Of a DNA stretch of 64,000 nt, positions 40,259 through 49,477 are shown in pieces; the first letter of the stretch is position 1, and each line of letters opens with the position of its first letter. Under the pieces are notes generated by a model. It saw nothing but the letters and a program-made list of their open reading frames with translations, made no database searches and was not told where the DNA came from. A program made the position numbers and the translations under genes. Source of the stretch: Gammaproteobacteria bacterium (lineage in GTDB: Bacteria; Pseudomonadota; Gammaproteobacteria; Pseudomonadales; Azotimanducaceae); the NCBI GenBank assembly GCA_026708185.1, contig JAPOVK010000003.1:10799-74798 (forward strand), written 5' to 3'.

Positions 40259-40406
40259 GGGCCGCGCTTTGAGACTATCAGGAAGGCGGTGGCCGGGTGT
40301 CCTCGCCACATCGAACCGGGGCGCATCCCCTGTGCGGGCCAGAGGCCCGGGCACCCAAGCCTCCAGCTCTAGTCGAGTGGGCGGTAAGATCTGGGTTGGG
40401 GTTTGC

Positions 40407-41162
40407 ATGACCATTACGCCAATCAACAGTGCACGACTGTCCGTTCTGGTGCTACTTGCCAGTAGCGTCGCGGCGGCTGCGACGCCGGAGTCCTCGGCTG
40501 ACGACGAGGCTGACGCAGCCTATGTCGAGGAAATGGTGGTCACCGCTGAGCGCCTCGAGAAAGGGGAATGGCCGACCGGGACGATCATCACCCAGACATA
40601 CAACGTCCGTCAGCGCGGCATGCTCCTGTACGAGCTCGGCAGGTACGAGGAGGCGCTACCGCTGCTGCTCGTGGCGGCCGAGCGCGGCTTCAAGTGGCCG
40701 CAGGCGATGGCCGGCGACATCTACCTGCATGGCCGAGGCGGCGTTCCGCGAGATCTCCGATCCGGACTCGGATGGCTTGGCGTGGCTGCGTCCCCGCGGA
40801 CATCGTGGCAGATCGACAGCTACTTCCGCCAGGCGATGGCGGAGCTGCCGGATCGGATGCGCAAGACCGCCGAGGCCACCGTGGACGAGTACCGCAAGCG
40901 GTGGAACAGTCGTGGATGGCGCGTCTCGTGTCGACGCACGGTATCCGGGTCCCCGAATTCCGTGGTCACGAGCTTGCGACTGAACAAGCGTCTGCGCTGC
41001 ATTTTTTGGGACGAGATACCCGTCTGTCGCCAGCCGTACCGCTACGCGATGTTCGGGCTGCCTACCGGCGAGCAGCTTGCATGGGAATGCGATCCGGTGG
41101 GCAAGGCGCACGTGGACGTCGCGAGAGTCCAGGTGCCAGCCGCGACGCGCGACCCCGACTAG
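40407..41162 (+). CDS. Secreted Sel1-like repeat protein with Cys-containing C-terminal region
   Basis: Signal MTITPINSARLSVLVLLASSVAAAA. ...AERGFKWPQAMAGDIYLHGRGGVPRDLRSGLGWLGVAA fits the Sel1 repeat consensus. Confidence 0.58.
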   Translation: MTITPINSARLSVLVLLASSVAAAATPESSADDEADAAYVEEMVVTAERLEKGEWPTGTIITQTYNVRQRGMLLYELGRYEEALPLLLVAAERGFKWPQAMAGDIYLHGRGGVPRDLRSGLGWLGVAASPRTSWQIDSYFRQAMAELPDRMRKTAEATVDEYRKRWNSRGWRVSCRRTVSGSPNSVVTSLRLNKRLRCIFWDEIPVCRQPYRYAMFGLPTGEQLAWECDPVGKAHVDVARVQVPAATRDPD

Positions 41163-41794
41163 CCTTGCTGGGTGAGACGATCACCTAGGACAAAGCACGT
41201 CGTCATGGCGCCGACTCCTCGGGCTCGGTCGCCGAGGTCGAAGTGCATGGCGATCCGCTTGTTGAGCGACGCACCGGTGAATCGAGGCGGCAGGTAGCGC
41301 CCCAGCAGGAGCATCTCCTCGTAAATGCGAACGGCACGATCGAGGTCGCCGGCAATGACGTACCGCGCCGCCAAGTCGCTCATGAGCGTATGGATGTGGT
41401 GCGTCTGCCGTTGATACGTGCGCGCCAAACTCGGGACGTGTCCCAGGCTCCGATAGGCGGTTCCGTAGTCGCCTTGCTCGATGTATCGGCTCGTGCGTTT
41501 GAGCCAAATGTATACACGCTGGCCGAGGCCGCGGCCGCCCATGCGCCGCTTCCCGGGCTTGCTCGTCAGGCGATGGATCAACTCCGCCTCGGAAATGCTC
41601 CCCCGGCGCGCGGAGTCCGTCTCCCACAGCCAGCGACGCTCGGCCCGCGTTCTTACGCCGAAATGCCCTTCCGACTCGAGAAGCGAGTGTCCCCGTGGAT
41701 CCCGGTCTCCGCTCTCCGCCTGCGCGGCGAAGGGCGGAACTAGCAAGAGCAGAGCCACTCGGAGCCCCAAACGAGTGCCACAGCACGTCGTCAA
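41159..41794 (-). CDS. Truncated/decayed family member, paralog C
   Basis: Signal MTTCCGTRLGLRVALLLLVPPFAAQA. Family homology runs through ...YEEMLLLGRYLPPRFTGASLNKRIAMHFDLGD and is then lost. About 100 codons of the conserved C-terminal module are missing. Confidence 0.5.
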   Translation of the reverse strand: MTTCCGTRLGLRVALLLLVPPFAAQAESGDRDPRGHSLLESEGHFGVRTRAERRWLWETDSARRGSISEAELIHRLTSKPGKRRMGGRGLGQRVYIWLKRTSRYIEQGDYGTAYRSLGHVPSLARTYQRQTHHIHTLMSDLAARYVIAGDLDRAVRIYEEMLLLGRYLPPRFTGASLNKRIAMHFDLGDRARGVGAMTTCFVLGDRLTQQG

Positions 41795-42756
41795 GGCACC
41801 AACTCTTCGAGCTCGGCGGTTTCACGCAGGATGTCCCCGGCGTCGTCGCGGATCGGCGCGAGCATGGTCCTGAGGATTCGAATTGCCTCCTCGCGATCAT
41901 GGCGGGCCAAGTAGACGGGTGCCCACCATTGGCCCTCGACGATCAGCCCATGACCCTCGGCCGAGGCAACGGCGGACTGCAATCTGGCGAGCGCCGCATC
42001 GAAGTCCTGCTCCAACGCGTCGACCGCCGTCTGGGGATTCGACATCTCCGCGATGATGCGATTCATGGCGCGGTACGGGCCGATGCCGACATCGTCGAGC
42101 ACGGCGATGCCGATGCGGACGTACATCAGCGCTGTCTCGTAGTCGCCAAGGTCGAAGTGCGTGGCGATCAGCTTGTTGAGCGCGCCGGCGGTGTGCTCGG
42201 GCGGCAAGTACCGCCCCAGCAAGAGCATCTCCCTGTAGGCGCGTGTCGCACCGTCGAGGTCGCCCAAGCGAACGTACTCGGCAGCCAAGCCGGCCAACTG
42301 GCCATGGAGGCGCCGGGTGGCCGGGTCGGTGGCGACCGACGCCCACGTAGCGGCGTATTTCAGCCGCCTCAACGCACTGTCGTAGTCGCCCTTCATGAAC
42401 TGGTACATCGCCCTTTCGATGGAAGTGTCGATCGGGCCAACGCCGCCTCTGCTCTTCCGGTCTCGAAAACCACGGTCGGCCCACAAGTCGTTCGTAAGCG
42501 TTTCGATCAGGCCGGCTTCGTCAAAGGCATCGACGTTGTGTTCGGTCGGCCTTTCTCTCCGCCAACGGCGGTCGCTTCTGGTCAGCAAGCCGAACTGGGC
42601 CTCTGTCTCGGTGATCGGGTCGGGCGGCTCCACCTTCGGCACATCCCGCACGGGCTCCTCATCATCCTGGCCGTCGACCGGCTGTGCGAGCGCAGGGGCC
42701 GCTAGCAATAGCGCCGCCCCGAGGATGACCGAGAGAGTCGCGCGGCTCGTCATCAT
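41791..42756 (-). CDS. Secreted TPR-like protein, paralog D
   Basis: Signal MMTSRATLSVILGAALLLAAPALAQP. HFDLGDYETALMYVRIGIAVLDDVGIGPYRAMNRIIAEM. EGQWWAPVYLARHDREEAIRILRTMLAP. Its stop overlaps the paralog C start. Confidence 0.65.
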   Translation of the reverse strand: MMTSRATLSVILGAALLLAAPALAQPVDGQDDEEPVRDVPKVEPPDPITETEAQFGLLTRSDRRWRRERPTEHNVDAFDEAGLIETLTNDLWADRGFRDRKSRGGVGPIDTSIERAMYQFMKGDYDSALRRLKYAATWASVATDPATRRLHGQLAGLAAEYVRLGDLDGATRAYREMLLLGRYLPPEHTAGALNKLIATHFDLGDYETALMYVRIGIAVLDDVGIGPYRAMNRIIAEMSNPQTAVDALEQDFDAALARLQSAVASAEGHGLIVEGQWWAPVYLARHDREEAIRILRTMLAPIRDDAGDILRETAELEELVP

Positions 42757-43380
42757 GGCGTCAACTCTTCGCGCTCGGTGTCTTCGCGCAGAGTGTCCGC
42801 GGAGTCGTCGCGCATGGGCGCGAGCATGGTCCGCAGGATGCGAATCGCCTCTTCCCGGTCATGACGGGCCCGATAGACGGGTGCCCACCACTGGTCTTCG
42901 ACGACCAGCCCCTGATCCACGCTGGGGGCAGCCGCTGACTCCAATCGCGCGAGTGCCGCGTCGAGTACTGCTCCCAAGCGCCGGCCGCCGTCTTGGGATT
43001 CGACATTTCGGCGATGATGCGGTTCATGACGCGGTACGGCCCGATGCCGACATCGTCGAGGACCGCGATGCCGACGCGGACGTACATCAAGGCGGTTTCC
43101 TATTCGCCGCGTTTCGAAATGGCTGGCGATGAGCCGGTTCAACGCCGCGCCCGTGTACTCGGGCGCTGAGCGGCGGCCGACCAGGAAAATCTCCTCGTAG
43201 AGCCTGGCCGCGCTCAAGATCGCCCATCTCCACGTAGGCCGCAGCCAGCTGCCCCATCAGGTCGTGGATCCGGCGGATTCGTCTGTAGCTGGCATGCGTG
43301 CGGCATCGAAATCCTGCTTCAAGGCGTCGATAGCTGTTTGCGGATACTCCATCTACACGATGATACGACTCATGGCGCAA
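42753..43380 (-). pseudogene. Frameshifted, N-terminally truncated family member, paralog E
   Basis: Homologous segments are spread over three frames. ORF 43087..43380 has RRIHDLMGQLAAAYVEMGDLE. ORF 42753..43217 has LYEEIFLVGRRSAPEYTGAALNRLIASHFE and ...EDQWWAPVYRARHDREEAIRILRTMLAP. ORF 42761..43090 has MMYVRVGIAVLDDVGIGPYRVMNRIIAEM. Confidence 0.65.
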
Positions 43381-43710
43381 CGCACCTCATCGCCAACGGT
43401 CGCCCGGATGGGCCCGACCGGGCATGGTCTTCTGCCACCGGCTTTCGCTCCGCCCCGTGGCCGCGTCTCTCGCAACTCCGGACCGTTTACGCAAAAACGC
43501 GTATTTCTACGGGAAAACCCTTATATGGATGTGGTACGGTCAGGGCTCACTCTCACAATAGGCAAATCAGTATTAACCAATCAAACACTTGCATTTCTGC
43601 TCGCGTCAAACGGGGCAGGCACGCTGGGCGTGTCTGCTCGGCCTAGCCACCGCGATCTCCGTCGGCACCAACGCCGACCCCCGAATCACTGATGTGCGGC
43701 TGTCGCCAGC

Positions 43711-45612
43711 GTGGCAGTGGTCGCCGATCTTGCGTCGGGGCACCGCGCTATCGCGGCCAGCAACTTTACACCCCGCGCGCGACTCGACACCTGCGACTGG
43801 GTCAGCAACGAGCGCCTTGTCTGCTCGCTATTCGTTTTCGGACGCAAGGGGATCTTCGGCGGAGAACGGTCGCGGCTCGTCCGGCTATTCGCGGTCGATC
43901 ACGATGGCGCGAATCCACTCCCCCTCCTGGACTCGCCGCTGCGCCCGCCGCCCAAGGCCGGCGGCGTCGGGCCAAACGGCATAACTTCGCCGGGGGCCGA
44001 TCTTGAACACTCGCTCGTGAGCCGTCTGCCGGGCGCACCGGGGTCTGTGCTCGTCAGCGCCTGTCGTCAGGCGAAACCTTACTCTAGCGTCTACCGCGTC
44101 GATGTCCGCAACGGCACCGCGACGCTGGCAGTCGGCTGGCAGGCCGGCATCCAGCTCTGGCACGCCGACTGGCAGGGTCGGGTGCGCATCGGCACCGGTG
44201 CTTACGCCTTCGGCAGCGATGTGCCGTGGTGGAACTTCGAGGAACCTCCGCGCGAGCCAACCGCAGTCGTCCGGCGCGGGGGGCCGCCGACGCAAGGTAC
44301 CGAGATCCAACGGCTAAACACCGCGCGGCTATCGTCGCCGATCGGCCCAACGGAAACGGCGGGGCCGCGTGTGCTCGGCTTCGCGCTCGACGGACGCGGC
44401 GTCTACTACGTTGCACGCGTCAACGCTGCTCATCGGGCTTCAGTCTGGCTAGCGGACGCCGGGACGCTAGAACCGGTGCGGGAGCTGGTGGCCGACCCGG
44501 ACCGCGACGTGGTCGCCACCGCCATCGGCGGCGAGCGCTGCGGCGCGGTGGGCTTCGCACACAGGACCGGAATCTCTTGGCTGGACCCCGCGGTCGCGCG
44601 CTCGGTCGCCACCGCAGCCAGCGAAATCGGCGTGGAAGTCGTGCACGTACCGTCGATGTCTGCCAACTGCCGCCGTCTCGTTCTGGCGTCAACGGACCGC
44701 GCCACGGAACTCCGGTACCACCTGCTCGACCGCGACACCGGCGCTCTACGCAACCTTGGCGGCCACCGCGCCCGTGGCGGCGGGAACGCTCGAACAGTAC
44801 GCCGCACCGATCGGTTTTCTACGCGCGACGGTCTGCAACTGCCGATCGCACTGACACTGCCGGACAGTGCCGAGGGTGCCCGGCCGGTGGTGGTGCTACT
44901 CGCCTACGACGGGAGCTGGACCGCCGACCCTGCCGTGCTCGACGACTGGCCACATGTCTTCGCCAGCCGGGGGTACGTCGTCGCACAGCCAGCGTATCGC
45001 GGCGCGCAGGGCTACGCCCCGGCGCTCCACCTAGCCGGCCTGGGACAGCGCGGATCAAAGATCCAGGAGGACGTGACAGACGCGGTGGCTTGGCTCGCGT
45101 CACAGGGCCTGGGAGACCCGCAGCGTGTTTGCTTCGCCGGCCGCGGCCGCGGTGGCCACATGGCAATGGTTGCGGCGCTCGGCTACGCACCGCCTGACCC
45201 CGCGCGGGCGCGGCGCTGCGTGGCGGTGTTGGCCGCACTCGAAGCGCGGCACACCAAGCGCGGGCCGCACAACGCGCTAGACTCGCGGGTGTGCAGTGAT
45301 TTTCCGTGCGGAGACTGGATGCGCTGGGCCGCCCCCGACGCGATGCGCCTCGCTGCGATGCGCGTCTCCGCGGCCAAGCCAGCGAAAGACACTCCCTTGC
45401 GTTCGCCGGTAGTCGGCGCCGCGCACCCCGGTTTCCCCGTTCTCGTCCACTTCGGTGGGCGAGGCACCGTCCACGAGCGCGGCTCGACCCGGTTCCGATC
45501 GGACTTGAAGAAGATCAGCTTTTTCGAACATGTCGCGTTTGCCGGCGGCGAGGCCGGGACGACGTTCCTAGCGGATGCCGAAGCCTTGTTTGACGAAGTG
45601 CTCGGCACCTAG
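43711..45612 (+). CDS. S9 (prolyl oligopeptidase/DPP)-like protein lacking the nucleophile serine; possibly frameshifted at its 5' end
   Basis: YRGAQGYAP...DVTDAVAWLASQGLGDPQRVCFAGRGRGGHMAMVAAL aligns to the S9 block N-RGS-GYG...D..RI.I.G.SYGGY, with Gly where the Ser should be. A signal peptide plus ITDVRLSP lies in another frame (43589-43710). Confidence 0.68.
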   Translation: MAVVADLASGHRAIAASNFTPRARLDTCDWVSNERLVCSLFVFGRKGIFGGERSRLVRLFAVDHDGANPLPLLDSPLRPPPKAGGVGPNGITSPGADLEHSLVSRLPGAPGSVLVSACRQAKPYSSVYRVDVRNGTATLAVGWQAGIQLWHADWQGRVRIGTGAYAFGSDVPWWNFEEPPREPTAVVRRGGPPTQGTEIQRLNTARLSSPIGPTETAGPRVLGFALDGRGVYYVARVNAAHRASVWLADAGTLEPVRELVADPDRDVVATAIGGERCGAVGFAHRTGISWLDPAVARSVATAASEIGVEVVHVPSMSANCRRLVLASTDRATELRYHLLDRDTGALRNLGGHRARGGGNARTVRRTDRFSTRDGLQLPIALTLPDSAEGARPVVVLLAYDGSWTADPAVLDDWPHVFASRGYVVAQPAYRGAQGYAPALHLAGLGQRGSKIQEDVTDAVAWLASQGLGDPQRVCFAGRGRGGHMAMVAALGYAPPDPARARRCVAVLAALEARHTKRGPHNALDSRVCSDFPCGDWMRWAAPDAMRLAAMRVSAAKPAKDTPLRSPVVGAAHPGFPVLVHFGGRGTVHERGSTRFRSDLKKISFFEHVAFAGGEAGTTFLADAEALFDEVLGT

Positions 45613-45755
45613 CCCGGGAACGACGACTCGGAGTCGCTGAAACGAGCTGTTTGGCATGCAATGACGTAAGCGATCCCACTCGGGATCCTCCTTTGCACCG
45701 AGACGACCAGCAGCGCTGCGGACGTGCCTCCGCGCGCCAGTAACGGGCGGGACGG

Positions 45756-48416
45756 CTACGCCGGTGCGGTCTTGTCCAGATCCAGCCCCGCGCCCGACGC
45801 GTAGTCCAATGCGTCGGCGACCGTGGCCTTGTTGGCTTGCGCCAGGGTCGACAGCGCCGCGAACACCACCCAGTCGCGCGAGACCTCGAAGTAGCCACGC
45901 AGAGAGTCCCGCGACTCCGACAGGCCGTAGCCATCCGTGCCCAGGACGGTGTAGGCACCGGGAAACCACCGGGCTATGGATAGGGGCAAGGCCTTCATGT
46001 AGTCAGACGCAGCAACGAAGACACCCTCTTCGCCCTCCAGCAGCGTCTCGACGTAGGGGCGTTCGTCGGAGCCGCCCGCCGTGAGCATCTGTGCCCGTTC
46101 CGCGGCCGTGCCTTGGCGCGCCAGCTCGGTGTAGCTGGTGACACTCCAGACGTTGACGCGTTTGCCGAGTTCCTTAAGCGCTGACGCCGCGGCCAGGACC
46201 TCGGTCACGATGGCACCGCTGGCGAGCAGGTTGACGTCCGCATCCGGCTGGCGCTGCAAGGCGTACATGCCGCGCACGATGCCGTCTTCCGCGCCGTCGG
46301 GCATCGGCGGCATCGCGTAGTTCTGGTTAGTCAGCGTCAAGTAGTAGAAGACGTCCTCGCGCTCGGCATACATGCGCCGGATGCCGTCGCGGACGATCAC
46401 CGCCACTTCGAACGCGAACGCCGGGTCGTAACTCACGAGATTGGGTACGGTGGCGGCGATCAGGTGCGAGTGGCCGTCCTGGTGCTGCACGCCTTCGCCG
46501 TTCAGCGTCGTGCGTCCCGACGTGCCGCCGAGCAGGAACCCCTTGCACATCATGTCGCCGCAGGCCCAGATCATGTCGCCGACGCGCTGGAAACCGAACA
46601 TCGAGTAGAAGATGTAGAAGGGAACCATGGGCAGGCCGTAGTTCGCATACGCCGTGCCGGCGGCGAGGAAGGACGCCATGGCCCCGGTCTCGCAGATGCC
46701 TTCTTGCAGGATCTGGCCGTCTTCCGCCTCCCGGTACGGTGCGATCGTGCCCGCATCCACGGGCTTGTAGTGCTGGCCGGCCGGCGAGTAGATGCCCGCC
46801 AAGGGAAATAGGCCGTCCATGCCGAAGGTGCGTGCCTCGTCGGGCACGATCGGCACGATGTAGCGCCCGAGGTTCGGATCGTGCAGCAGCTTCTGCAGGA
46901 GTCGCACCATGGCCATGGTCGTGGAGATCTGGCGTTCTCCCGTACCCGCGAGCATGTCGGCGAAGAAGTCCAGCGGCGGTGGCTCGAGGGGCGGGCAGCG
47001 AACTTCGCGGATCGGCATCGGACCGCCCAAGGCGTTGCGATGCGCCTTGAGATAGCGCACCTCTTCGCTGTCGTCTGGCGGGCGGTAGAACTCGGCGCGT
47101 TCGATCTCGTCGTGCGCCAAGGGGATGCCGAGTCGTGCCGCCAGTTCCAAGCGTTCCTCGGGCTTTAGGTACTTCTTCTGGTGCACGGTATTGCTGCCGG
47201 CCGCGCCAGCGCCCAGGCCGTCGCCCTTCACCGTCTTCAAGAGCAGCACACACGGTTTGCCGGCGACCTCCTCGGCCTCCTTGAAGGCGGCGTAGATCTT
47301 CTTGTGGTCGTGGCCGCCGCGCTTGATCGCCCGCACCTCCTCGTCGGTGAGCGCGCTCATGAGGTCGCGGAGTGCCGGGTTGTTCTCCACCCAGTGCTCG
47401 CGTTGCACGTCGCCGGGGGAGACGGTGTACATCTGGTAGTCGCCGTCGACGGCCTGCTCCATGCGATCCTGCAGCACGCCGTCGGTGTCGCGCTCGAATA
47501 GGATGTCCCAGCCGCCGCCCCAGATCACCTTGATCACGTGCCAGTCCGCGCCACGAAAGGCGCGTTCGAGTTCCTGGATGATCTTGCCGTTGCCTCGTAC
47601 CGGTCCGTCCAGGCGCTGCAAGTTGCAGTTCACCGCCAGCACGATGTTGTCGAGTTGCTCGCGGGCCGCGATGGCGATCGTTCCGAGCACCTCGGGCTCG
47701 TCGGATTCGCCGTCGCCGATAAAGGCCCAGATCTTGCCACCGTTCTCCTTCTTGAGCCCGCGGTGCTCGAGGTACTTCGCGAACCGTGCCTGGTAGATCG
47801 CCGACGGCGTGGACAGGCCCATGCTGGCGCAGGGCATCTGCCAGAACCACGGCATGCGCCGCGGGTGCGGATAGGACGGCAGGCCGCCACCGTCGGCCAG
47901 TTCGCGGCGGAAGTTGTTCAGCTCCGCCTCCGAGATGCGTCCCTCGAGGAAGGCGCGCGCGTAGATGCCGGGGGACGTGTGCGCCTGGAAGTGGACCTGG
48001 TCGCCGCCGTAGGTCTCGCCCTGGCTGCGGAACACGTGGTTGAGGCCGACTTCCATCATGGTGGACGCGGACAGGTAGGTGGCGATGTGGCCGCCGACCC
48101 CAGATCCGGCGTCATACGCCTTGAGCACCATGGCCGCCGCGTTCCAGCGCAGGATGTTCTCGATACGGCTTTCGAGTTCGATGTCGCCGGGATAGGGCGG
48201 CTGGTCGCCGAGCGCGATCGAGTTCCGGTAGGGCGTATTGAGTGCCGCATCGGTGAGCACGATGCCCTTGTGCGAAAGCTCGTGCTGCAGGCGGGAGAGG
48301 AGCGACTTGGCCATCTCGCCGCCGTGCTCGTCGAGGACACTCGAGAGCGCGTCGATCCACTCCTGCTGCTCGAGTTCCCACTCGCCGGCTGCCGGGAGAT
48401 GACTGGTCACCGCCAT
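45756..48416 (-). CDS. aceE: Pyruvate dehydrogenase E1 component (homodimeric type)
   Basis: MAVTSHLPAAGEWELEQQEWIDALSSVLDEHGGEMAKSLL..., GGHIATYLSAS, GDGESDEPE. 886 aa from ATG 48416. The track ORF continues upstream as artefact. Confidence 0.95.
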   Translation of the reverse strand: MAVTSHLPAAGEWELEQQEWIDALSSVLDEHGGEMAKSLLSRLQHELSHKGIVLTDAALNTPYRNSIALGDQPPYPGDIELESRIENILRWNAAAMVLKAYDAGSGVGGHIATYLSASTMMEVGLNHVFRSQGETYGGDQVHFQAHTSPGIYARAFLEGRISEAELNNFRRELADGGGLPSYPHPRRMPWFWQMPCASMGLSTPSAIYQARFAKYLEHRGLKKENGGKIWAFIGDGESDEPEVLGTIAIAAREQLDNIVLAVNCNLQRLDGPVRGNGKIIQELERAFRGADWHVIKVIWGGGWDILFERDTDGVLQDRMEQAVDGDYQMYTVSPGDVQREHWVENNPALRDLMSALTDEEVRAIKRGGHDHKKIYAAFKEAEEVAGKPCVLLLKTVKGDGLGAGAAGSNTVHQKKYLKPEERLELAARLGIPLAHDEIERAEFYRPPDDSEEVRYLKAHRNALGGPMPIREVRCPPLEPPPLDFFADMLAGTGERQISTTMAMVRLLQKLLHDPNLGRYIVPIVPDEARTFGMDGLFPLAGIYSPAGQHYKPVDAGTIAPYREAEDGQILQEGICETGAMASFLAAGTAYANYGLPMVPFYIFYSMFGFQRVGDMIWACGDMMCKGFLLGGTSGRTTLNGEGVQHQDGHSHLIAATVPNLVSYDPAFAFEVAVIVRDGIRRMYAEREDVFYYLTLTNQNYAMPPMPDGAEDGIVRGMYALQRQPDADVNLLASGAIVTEVLAAASALKELGKRVNVWSVTSYTELARQGTAAERAQMLTAGGSDERPYVETLLEGEEGVFVAASDYMKALPLSIARWFPGAYTVLGTDGYGLSESRDSLRGYFEVSRDWVVFAALSTLAQANKATVADALDYASGAGLDLDKTAPA

Positions 48417-48485
48417 GCATCCGAGCATACCGGGTTGTCTGGCGACGTTGTATTCTCGCCAAGTTACCCTCGGTAACGAGGGACT

Positions 48486-49430
48486 ATGTCCTCGGGTAAC
48501 GAGGACGTCGACAGCACGAGAGGGAACATGCAAGACGTCACGGGGAAGGTCGCGTTTATCACCGGGGGTGCCAGCGGCATGGGGCTTGCCATGGCGCGGG
48601 CGTTTTCCGGCGCCGGCATGAAAGTGGTCATCGCCGACATCGAGGAGGCCGCACTCGCCGCGGTGCGGCGGGAGTTCGAGGCCAGCAACGCCGAGTTCCT
48701 GACCCTCAAGGTGGACGTTACCGACCGCGAGTCGATGGCCGAGGCCGCGGATGCCGCCGAGGAGCGGTTCGGCAAGGTCCACGTGGTGTGCAACAACGCC
48801 GGCGTCGCCGTCGGCGGGACCGTGGACGAGAACACCTGGGAGGACTGGGACTGGGTGACCGGCGTGAACATCGACGGCGTGGTGAACGGCATCCAGATCT
48901 TCACCGAGCGCATGAAGCGGCACGGCGAGGGCGGTCACTTCGTCAACACCGCGTCGATGGCCGGACACATCCCGGTGCCGGGGCTCGGCATCTACGCCAT
49001 GACGAAGTACGCCGTCGTCGGCATCTCCGAGACCATGCGCATCGACTTGGCGCCGCTCGACATCGGCGTCTCCGTGCTCTGTCCCGGCGTCGTCAACACC
49101 AACATCTTCAACTCGGAGCGCAATCGCCCCGAGTCGCTGCCGGGCGATTCGAAGATCGGGCTGGTTGGCAGGGACCTTCCGGAGAACGCCACCGATGCGG
49201 AGCGCGAGGAACGGATGCGGCTGATCCGCGAAGGCGCCCTCGACCCCGCGATCGTCGGCGACATGGTGCTGCACGCCATCCGCGAGAACGAGTTCTACAT
49301 CTTCACGCACCCGGAACTGAAGGCCATGAGCGACACCCGTTTCGAGGACATGGCCGGCGCCTACGAGCGCTGGGAGGCCTGGCGCGAGGAACGCGGGGTG
49401 AAGCCGACGCCTAGGCCGGCGCAAGGGTGA
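48486..49430 (+). CDS. Short-chain dehydrogenase/reductase
   Basis: GKVAFITGGASGMGLA (TGxxxGxG), NNAG, YAMTKYAVV (YxxxK). The start may be Met 48528. Confidence 0.85.
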   Translation: MSSGNEDVDSTRGNMQDVTGKVAFITGGASGMGLAMARAFSGAGMKVVIADIEEAALAAVRREFEASNAEFLTLKVDVTDRESMAEAADAAEERFGKVHVVCNNAGVAVGGTVDENTWEDWDWVTGVNIDGVVNGIQIFTERMKRHGEGGHFVNTASMAGHIPVPGLGIYAMTKYAVVGISETMRIDLAPLDIGVSVLCPGVVNTNIFNSERNRPESLPGDSKIGLVGRDLPENATDAEREERMRLIREGALDPAIVGDMVLHAIRENEFYIFTHPELKAMSDTRFEDMAGAYERWEAWREERGVKPTPRPAQG

Positions 49431-49477
49431 AGTCGCCCCATCCGGTCTGAGTCCCCGACACGCAGCCGCTACTGCCC

